From: Octopus vulgaris
Lineage: Eukaryota
Assembly (NCBI GenBank): GCA_951406725.2
Contig: OX597821.1
Location: 72,044,001 to 72,108,000 of the forward strand
Length of the DNA stretch: 64,000 nt
Reading direction: 5' to 3'
How positions within the stretch are numbered: position 1 is the first letter of the stretch; every line of letters starts with the position of its first letter. Below are positions 54,964 through 64,000 of this stretch, piece by piece. Under the pieces are notes generated by a model. It saw nothing but the letters and a program-made list of their open reading frames with translations, was not told the DNA's origin and searched no databases. Made by a program: the position numbers and the translations under genes.

Positions 54964-55259
54964 AGCTAAAGTTATTGAACAAACAAATGCAAGGTCATCC
55001 GTATAGCATTTCATAATTCGAACATTTAATCATAGAATATACATATAAACATCCCGCGAGATGGAACATAATTCATCTGTACAAGCATATAAGCATATAA
55101 TAATAAGGTGCGAGAAAAAAATTCATCACAGTTTAGAGTTAATACTTTAGCGATTCAGAAAAATACATTTTTTTTTTTTAAACATTACAACACCTAGAAA
55201 GTAAAAATATAATATAATATAATATAAAGTAATATATAAAAATATATAGGTACATAAAA

Positions 55260-55354
<95 letters not shown>

Positions 55355-55478
55355 TATATAAAAAATATATAATATATATCATGTAAATAAAATAAAAGTT
55401 CATCGTTTAGAAATCTTATAAAATTATTATTCAAGTAAGAGAAGCCTTATATTTAAAAAGGAAACCATATTTACTTAT

Positions 55479-55555
55479 CCCTGTGGCCATTTCAGGGGTG
55501 TATTATTATATTTAAAGCACTGGGGTGCATCAAGATAATACCTCCTTCGTCAGGG
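55479..55555 (-). ncRNA. Hammerhead-like motif with extended stem II
   Basis: CCC CTGACGA AGGAGGTATTAT...ATAATACACCCCT GAAA TGGCCA CA GGG; palindromic stem III, U16.1 replaced by C. Confidence 0.6.
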
Positions 55556-55718
55556 GAAAAAATACATAAAGACAGACATCATCGCGTACCAGGCTAGCAC
55601 AATGTTGTGTGCTTTCCTATTGAAGCATTCATGCTCGGATAAGCCCAAAAGAAGGAATTAAAGCAGTAAAAAAAATTTCTTTTAAAGCAGTAGAGAAATA
55701 AGGCGGTAAAAAAAAAGT

Positions 55719-55991
55719 GAGTGTATTCAATTAAATTAAGTTCAATTAAACTAAACTGAATTAAATTGAATTAAATTAAGCCTCCGTGGTTTCAAATCCT
55801 GTAAAAGCTAAACCATTTATTTTCTGCAACTTATTTTATTCCAGTAGACTCAAAAAGAATGGGTGTATTAAATTAAATTAAGTTCAATTAAATTAAATTG
55901 AACTAAATTGAATTAAACTGAGCCTCCGTGGTTTCAATCCTGTAAAAGCTAAATCACTTATTTTCTACAACTTATTTTACTTCTATAGACT
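55719..55991. repeat. About 140-bp tandem duplication containing (AATTA)-like pentamers
   Basis: 55719-55850 matches 55861-55991. Confidence 0.9.
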
Positions 55992-56076
55992 TTTAAAAAT
56001 GTAGAAGAAAATTTATGGATGCAAAAGGGAATCACGTCCGTAAATTTATTCAGAATGTGCGGTCCATAACACCTAA

Positions 56077-56106
<30 letters not shown>

Positions 56107-56107
<1 letters not shown>

Positions 56108-56265
56108 CGACGGGATTCTTTCAGTTTCCGTCTACCAAATCCACTCACAAGGCTTTGGTGGGCCCGAGGCTATAGTAGAAGACACTTGCCCAAGGTGCCA
56201 CGCAGTGGGACTGAACCTTTAACCATGTGGTTGGTAAGCAAGCTACTTATCACACATCCACTCCT

Positions 56266-56270
<5 letters not shown>
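56107..56270 (-). mobile_element. SINE family C, 5' half, in (TA)n
   Basis: Reverse complement of the 26438 copy. Confidence 0.85.
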
Positions 56271-56329
<59 letters not shown>

Positions 56330-56364
56330 CTTAGCACGAAACAAGGATGCAGAAAGCATCAACC

Positions 56365-56774
56365 TGTTTAGAAATAGGAGTAAAAGTCCCAATTCAACCA
56401 CCAAAAGGCACCAAAATAACAGAAAAATAACAGTAAGCGAGGGAGACGGATAAATAATTAAGAAGTTAAAAATCATACCATTAAGGATTATGCCATTCAG
56501 ATACTCAGATACTATGGCTTTGGGTGCTGGCCCAACGGGCCTCAACCTTCATCAATATGAGCTACTGAAGAAAAATTTTTAAACGCGCCACGTTATAGAT
56601 CCGTTAGCGTTCTGGTTTGTTTTGCGCCAAAACCAGTTCACACCAGTGCAAATATATTTATGAACAAACACTCGAATGCTTACATTGGAAATAAGATATT
56701 ACTATTGTTGTTTTTCTGTTATTTTTGGTGCTTTTTGATGGTTGAGTTGGGACTTTAACTTCTATTTCCAAACA
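56365..56774. mobile_element. Inverted-repeat element (about 75-bp arms) with hammerhead-like relic in spacer
   Basis: 56365-56436 pairs with 56699-56774; minus strand 56505-56560 TTGATGA A GGT[..GGCCCgttGGGCC..]ACC cAAA. Confidence 0.7.
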
Positions 56775-56796
56775 TTTTATGTCATAAAATAAAATA

Positions 56797-56864
<68 letters not shown>

Positions 56865-56867
<3 letters not shown>

Positions 56868-57140
56868 TGAACACGAACCAGAGGCTGAGATGAAAAATAT
56901 GAATTACAAGATCTTGTGGGACTTTCCCATAAAAGCTGACCAATGTTATTAAATCAAGAAGACCAGGGGTGATTAAAAGGGATAAACTAAACATTGGAAG
57001 GTCACAGATTTTTGAAATTCCCTATGATAGGAGAGGAATTGGAAAAATTGAGAAACATCAAGATCAAACCAGGAAAGTCGAAGAGACTGTGGAAGATGAA
57101 GACAACAATCATTCCTGTGATAATTGGTGCACTCGGCACA
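56865..57140 (+). mobile_element. R4/Dong-like RLE relic after (TAG)n
   Basis: YKILWDFPIKADQ.IKSRRP ... KRLWKMKTTIIPVIIGALGT. Confidence 0.75.
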
Positions 57141-57311
57141 AACAGCCAAAATGCTCCCCAACAGGGCTCAGTGGGTACTTATTTCATTGGTCATGAAAAG
57201 ATGAAATGCAAAGTTAATCTCGGTGGAATTTGAATTCAGAACGTAAAGACGGACGAAACACCACTAAGCATTGTGTACAGCGCGGTAACGATTCTATTAG
57301 CTCCCGCCTCA

Positions 57312-57417
<106 letters not shown>

Positions 57418-57430
57418 AATGAATGATGAA

Positions 57431-57482
<52 letters not shown>

Positions 57483-57599
57483 GAAGAAAGAAGAAGAAGA
57501 AGAAGAAGAAGAAGAAGAAGAAGAAGAAGAAGAAGAAGAAGAAGAATTGTAGAAGGAGGAAGAGAAGAAGGAGGAGGGGAAGAATTGCGGTGCCAATAT

Positions 57600-57950
57600 C
57601 AAGATCAGCAAAAATATTGACGAAAAGTTCGTTGCGATTGCGACCTGACATAACCATCAACGATCAATAGAGCATGACTTCTGCCCTGATTAATGTGTCA
57701 TGCCCGGCTGACGGGAACATTTGCACATAATAAGGAGTGCCAGGAGCTATCCAAATAGCAAAGCAATGGAAACAGTGTTTATAAAGTGTAACAGACGCAG
57801 TAGGAGACAAGGGCCATAATAACAAGGGCGCTTCAGTACAAGAGGCAAAGAAATGTCCCCAGAAGCAAAATCTCTTCCAGTCCATCCGACTGAACATGTG
57901 ATGGAGGAGAACAGCTTGAAAGAAAATTGTGCCATATTGATAGGAGGCAT
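57600..57950 (+). mobile_element. Highly decayed RLE-type LINE relic
   Basis: RPDITIND ... LINVSCPADGNI resembles the PD...D endonuclease motif. Confidence 0.5.
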
Positions 57951-58224
57951 CGACTCATAATAGTAAAGCCATATTATACCTACATACAAACGTTATATAT
58001 ATGTTCCTTGTCTTGTAAATTTATGTTATATCTATGTATGTATTTATGTATTTATTATGTTGTGTAAATTATAAATATAAAATGATTATCTAAAGTTTTG
58101 TCTCTTCTTATACCAAGTTATGTAATGTCTAACGTCTTAGGTTCGAACCGAGCACTTCCAAGCAATTCTGTAAGAAACATTTTCGAAAGAAAAAAACAAT
58201 ATTATATATATATATATTTATATT

Positions 58225-58294
<70 letters not shown>

Positions 58295-58326
58295 CAAAAT
58301 AAGTAACAAGGATATCCAAAGGTAAT

Positions 58327-58412
58327 GCAGTACGATCGTTTCATGCGACTCCATTTAATTAAGCAATGCAAGTATTACATCAGTTTTAAAATGTAGAGAA
58401 ATCTTCAGCTGC
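58327..58412 (-). ncRNA. Type I hammerhead with intact core and long stem II insertion
   Basis: GCAG CTGAAGA [about 59 nt] GAAA CGATCG TA CTGC; palindromic ACGATCGT stem III, GUA triplet. Confidence 0.7.
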
Positions 58413-58575
58413 ATATGAATATAGAATTTAGTTAAATTGAAAAGATTGAAAACATTCATTTTTATACTTATTCCATTTACCAACATCACTAAGAGGGTAA
58501 GTAGGTAGACAGAGAAACGCGTTTCATCAACAGAGACATGGTACTGGTGCCTTTAACTTAAGTACCATATTCAAC

Positions 58576-58615
<40 letters not shown>

Positions 58616-59329
58616 TATTTATATATAAACAATCGCAGCGTGGAAGGTGTTTATAAGCCATTTAAAAACACACAAAAACAGTTAGATTCACTTCAACATT
58701 TAAATTTAATTTGCCACAATATTTTTGTTGCTTTGAGATACACCACGGAATATTATATATTATATATATGTGTGCGTGTGTATGTGTGTGTGTGTGTGTG
58801 TGCGTGTGTGTGTGTGTGTGTGTATGCATGTATGTATGTCTGTTGCTACAAAGGGTGTTTGTATGTAAGAATGTGAATTTGTGTATTCGTGTGTGTATAT
58901 ATGTATTTGTGTATGCCTGAGTATGCGCATGCGTGGATGTATGTATATATTATATATGTGTGCATATGTATTGCTGTTATATATAATCAAGCATAAAAAC
59001 AAACATTAGCTGATAGATATGTGTATGTAGCATGTGTCTGTATGTGTGTGTGTGTGATTCAGGGGTAGAAAAGGACGCTAAATAGATGGCCACCCCTCGT
59101 CAACCTCCTTTCCATTTCTCTGCTAAAGACCAGGAAGTATTCTTTCGGGTTGGTTTCTGTTTTAGGCACAAGGCCATCAATTTTAAATCGATACAAACGA
59201 ATCCAGTATATCGATCTCGGTGGTGTTTGAACTGAGAAAATAAACTTTTGTTACGGATTGCCAGCAGACGACCGCCCAGTCATACTTTCTGTTCAACATG
59301 CAACCAATCACAACCAACTTCTTATATCA

Positions 59330-59950
59330 ACGGTCGGAATTAGATTCAACATCTCCTCTGCTCTCGAACACATTCGGCAGCAAATTGACGCCATTGTTTT
59401 CTCTTGACTGAAGTTTTCCTTGTATCCGGCCACGTGATATTGGCCTTTCGCACGTCGGTTGTGAATGTGCCATGCAGATTTCCGTTTTCCTCTCATGCTT
59501 TTTCTTTTCTGCTTGTGTCCATTTGGAAGATGTTTTAGAATGGTGTAGTTCTGATAGCTTGAGTATGCAACCTGCTAGTTTCAATCCTAATCTTTGTTCT
59601 GTGATGATTTCCCTAAGTGGTCTTGTGTCAGCTCTCTTTAGAATGTCCTCGATGGTTATGTACTTTTGCCAGTGTGTTCTCAGAATCCTTCCCCAGCATT
59701 TTTAATGGAAAAACATTAAGCTTTCTCTCTATTTTCACGGTACTCTTCTATGTCTCACTGGCAGAGAGAACTGTTACTCGAACCATGTTATTAAAGCGCA
59801 GGAATGAATTCGTGTGTAAGCCTTTGGTGTTGCAGCACCAGAAAGCGCGCATTCTCTGAAATACATCGTGGTTTTGCCAATTCTGTGGTTGACGTCAGTT
59901 TCAATATCGCCATTGTAATTAATAATGATTTCCAAATTGGTGAGTCTGTC
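59330..59950 (-). pseudogene. RTE LINE relic
   Basis: LEIIINYNGDIETDVNHRIGK and downstream RIL.THWQKYITIEDIL.RA ... LKLAGCIL. Confidence 0.7.
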
Positions 59951-60360
59951 TGCTGTGTGTGTATATGTTCCTTTGTGGGTGTGTTTTGGCTGTGTGTGGT
60001 GTGTGGATGGTTGCTGAGGTGGTGGCAGTGTCAGAGGCGGTGACAGTAGTGAAACGAGGAGGACAACAATGTTGATTTTGAAAATGATGATCGGAATAAC
60101 GATGAAGGTAGAACAAAGGAGGAGGCACGAGATAATAATAATTAGGAACTGGATGATAATAAGGATGACGGGGGTGGGAGGTGGAGGAGAAGGGAGGAGG
60201 AGGAGGAAACGAAGAATTTTATACACGTAAAGAAGATAGGAATGATGGTGATGATGATGACGACGATGATGATTATTATCTGAGCATGGTGGTGGTGGTG
60301 ATGATGATGATGATTATCTGGGCATGGTGGTGGTGGTGGTGGTGGTGGTGGTGGTGGTGG

Positions 60361-60395
<35 letters not shown>

Positions 60396-60764
60396 GTGAT
60401 GGTGATGGTGATGGTGATGGCGATGGTGATGGTGGTAATGGTAGTGATGGTGATGATGATCTGAGGGATGGTGACGGTGGTGGTGATGATGATGATGATG
60501 ATGATCATGATGATCATGATGATGGTGATGCTGATGGTGATGGTGGTGATGATCTGAGGGATGGTGACGGTGGTGGTGATGGTGGTGATGGTGGTGGGGA
60601 CGAAGATTAGCTGTTGATGGTCTGAACGTTGGTATTCCTGTTTGATGTCAAATCCCTAACGGTCATATGATCTAACCTATACCGTTCGCATGTACATACA
60701 TACAAACACATGTTCGTAGGTAACCATACATATATAACATACATACACAAACATACATGCAAAC

Positions 60765-60843
<79 letters not shown>

Positions 60844-60848
60844 CATAC

Positions 60849-60915
<67 letters not shown>

Positions 60916-61146
60916 TTTGGGTATTCTCATGTATACCCGTATCTCTTCATACACAGATATACACACATATACCCGTATATGCCATTATATTTTTTGTCCA
61001 GAAATTGTGGGCGTCTTCTCTATAACGAACTCAGTACCAGTTCTTTGATCCCAATTATCGCTTTTTCTGAATTTCTTTTCGCCAGACTGGAAATATTAGA
61101 CAACCACTCTGCAAATTTATGGTCGTTTTTGAAGTGGAGGAGTAGA

Positions 61147-61181
<35 letters not shown>

Positions 61182-61687
61182 ATGCACGCATATATTTTGA
61201 AAATCTTTGAGTCTGCAAAACCTGGATGAAGTTTTGGGTCCTAAAATATATATGTGTGTGTATGTGCGCGTGTGTATGGTTATCTGTGTGTGTATATAGG
61301 GTTACTATTTTCTCCAGAGTGGAAACAGGGATTAATTTTTCACTTTTTCAATTTTTTTTTTCTTGTATTCAAGTTCTCCCACCAAAAACTTTTGTGAAAT
61401 ACAATTTTACAAGGCTTTCTTCTTCTTCTTCTTCTTCTTCTTCTTCTTCTTCTTCTTCTTCTTCTTCTTCTTCTTCTTCTTCTTCTTCTTCTTCTTCTTC
61501 TTCTTCTTCTTCTTCTTCTTCTTCTTCTTTTATATTTGTGATCAGACTTTGCACTTTTAGTTTGGTGTCTGCTGCGTTCGTATTGTCTTTCTCCGTAGGG
61601 CCAAAATCATTTTCTTGAAAAGCCAGAGTAGAATCAATATACCTATTTCCACGAAGCTTTAAGTAACATGAGGAACTAAGACAACCT

Positions 61688-61728
<41 letters not shown>

Positions 61729-61824
61729 CTCTGCATATATATGTATATATACATATAAACTAAAAGACAGAGATAGGTGAGGGAACAATAAGGTATAGTA
61801 GTTGTACGCTCAGGAAAAATAGGG

Positions 61825-61862
61825 TCTTTAACGTTTCGAGCCTACGCTCTTTTACAGAAAGA
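61825..61862 (-). ncRNA. Degenerate minimal hammerhead-like motif
   Basis: TCTTT CTGTAAA A GAGC gtag GCTC GAAA CGTT AAAGA; sibling of 23828. Confidence 0.55.
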
Positions 61863-62150
61863 AATGAGGGGAGAAAATAAATGGAGAAAGAAAAACGCAT
61901 GTCTAGATTAACGGTTGCACATGTGTATATATGCATGTATGTATGTATGTATGTATGTATGTATGTATGTATGTATGTATGTATGTATGTATGTATGCAT
62001 GTATGCATGTATATATTGACATATGACCAGCGTTGAACCCCTTATTCACATAATCACCGAACCTGGAACTTAACTATGGTCTGTATACAGCACTTATTCA
62101 GCATTACCTGACACCTTTGGGCCTCAATGACACCATTACCTCTCATAACC

Positions 62151-62231
<81 letters not shown>

Positions 62232-62914
62232 TAGCCACACTTCCTCCTGTGCATCAAGCAGTGAGACGTCTCTAAACATCCCGGCTTTGGATACAGCTGT
62301 CTGCATCTTCACAGGTGATGTTAAGTCGCTTCAGATCTTCTCTGAAGGTAGCGCATCGTACATGCCTGTCTTTCTTCCTCCCTCTGGCGTTAACCAATGT
62401 ATAACTGACATGGGTGGTTGGAAAACATGATCTGCAAGTTTTTTTGTCTTTTCGTCACAACCTTCCTACTGGCAGCGCAGATTGGGACACTTCTTTGGAC
62501 TTCAGGGTTTGTGATTTTGTAAGTGACCTTAAGTGATCTAAAGTATTCGCTGTAAATGGACAACTTAAGTAGTCCCTGTAATTATTCCCCTTAAGCATTC
62601 TACGTAGACACACCATTAGTGGAATACACTCAACCTCAGAGTGACCTTAGCCATCATTTACCAAGTTTCCCCTGTGTAGACTGATACAGTCTACGTATGA
62701 AGCTTGCTAGCTTATTAGCCAGGGGCTTCATACGGTTGCTAATCGCAGTGCTGGGGCAGATCTTGCTCATTCCTCCGATTCTGGAGTCGATATCAGCCTC
62801 AGGACCCTGTTCCGTAGCAATAATACAAGTTCTTTGTCTCTCCTTGCCCACTGATTTGTACATACACATACAGCGATTCATATATCCATATCTACATATC
62901 GACATACATATATC

Positions 62915-63000
<86 letters not shown>

Positions 63001-63029
63001 CATATATAACTTAGAATAACTTAGAAAGG

Positions 63030-63310
63030 TTTTTGGCCAGTATTGGCCCAGGCCATGTCTAACTTAATAGCACCACCAGGCGAAGTCTTTCAGTTCAGGA
63101 TTTGGGCACCAAGGCCCATTCGAGCAGAGAGTTATTGTTTGCGGAGACATATCCGAGTGTGGGTGGTTTGTCCGGTACTGTTTGAAGGAATTTGTCCAAA
63201 GACTTCTTGAATTTTGTGTGGTCAGTTTCTTTTTTGACGTGTCCTGGTGTAATGTTGAAGAGAGCGGGTCCAATTGAGGTGAAATAGTTGTGCCGTATTG
63301 TCGTTATGTG
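63030..63310 (-). mobile_element. CR1/Jockey-group LINE 3' end
   Basis: GPALFNITPGHVKKE ... KFKKSLDKFLQTVPDKP ... NNNSLLEW. Confidence 0.7.
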
Positions 63311-63352
63311 ATGTGATTTAGATTTTTGTTATATATACATACATATATACAT

Positions 63353-63385
<33 letters not shown>

Positions 63386-63632
63386 TACATACATACATAC
63401 ATACATACATACATACATACAAACATGCATACATACATACATACATATACATATATATATATATAGATATGTGTATATATATGTATATATATATATATAT
63501 ATAAGTTCAGTAAAAAATTTAGATTCAGTTGAATATGGTACTTAAGTTAAAGGCACTAGAATTTGGTATGGTATTATCGATATAATTCAGAATGGGGTGA
63601 TTACAATCAAAATAAGCAGCAAGGATATCTAG

Positions 63633-63669
<37 letters not shown>

Positions 63670-64000
63670 CATATGCATATACATGTTTCTCTTCTCTCTC
63701 TCTCTCTCTCCCTCGCTCGCTACCAAAGATACAATGAGCACCAGTGAACATTCATCTCAGACCTCAGTCATTCATAAAAACCCGTTCAATCCGTTTTAGA
63801 TAAATTCAAATGATTCAATGAATAGTTTGGTTGTTATTTCCTAATCTAGCCAATGGACACTGGAACTCTCGTGTTCCAGACTAAGTGCTCCAAGCTAAGC
63901 ATAAAAGTCTAATTGGGAAGAAAGAAACATCTCTAAGGGTCAACGGTCTTGCAGCCCTTTAAGAAAAATATGCCAAGTGTTTACGTAACTAAATACATAC

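Noticed and set aside
57664-57989. Minus-strand ORFs that look like exons
   Set aside because: Better explained as antisense of a decayed RLE LINE on the plus strand
60240-60600. (GAT/GGT)n tract with a duplicated ATCTGAGGG unit
   Set aside because: Ordinary slippage-derived compound microsatellite
62230-62860. Unique-looking coding-like segment
   Set aside because: Stops in the frames examined and no motif I can name; probably a decayed transposon

Overview
AT-rich, microsatellite-saturated animal DNA. The SINE, LINE and microsatellite landscape is most consistent with an octopus/cephalopod genome (inference). I see no intact host gene; almost all listed ORFs are translations of (TA)n/(CA)n/(GAA)n/(TAA)n repeats. 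Recognisable content: three or four tRNA-derived SINE families, two decayed mariner transposases, a Helitron Rep/PIF1-helicase relic, a Helentron-like element, and R4/Dong-like, RTE, CR1/Jockey-group and Tx1 LINE relics, plus two tandem ORF1-only (zinc-knuckle) elements. The main signal the ORF track does not explain is about a dozen minimal type I hammerhead-ribozyme(-like) motifs from several unrelated repeat families. Many lie next to (TA)n tracts, inside short non-coding elements built as long inverted repeats or tandem direct repeats, which suggests non-autonomous Penelope-like/retrozyme elements. Also notable: a 3' tail shared by a SINE, a Tx1 LINE and the ORF1-only element; a foldback with two divergent tRNA-like heads; an RTE C-terminus with three C2H2 fingers; and weak candidate minus-strand exons with a possible recursive splice site. 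All alignments and folds were done by eye and coordinates are approximate.
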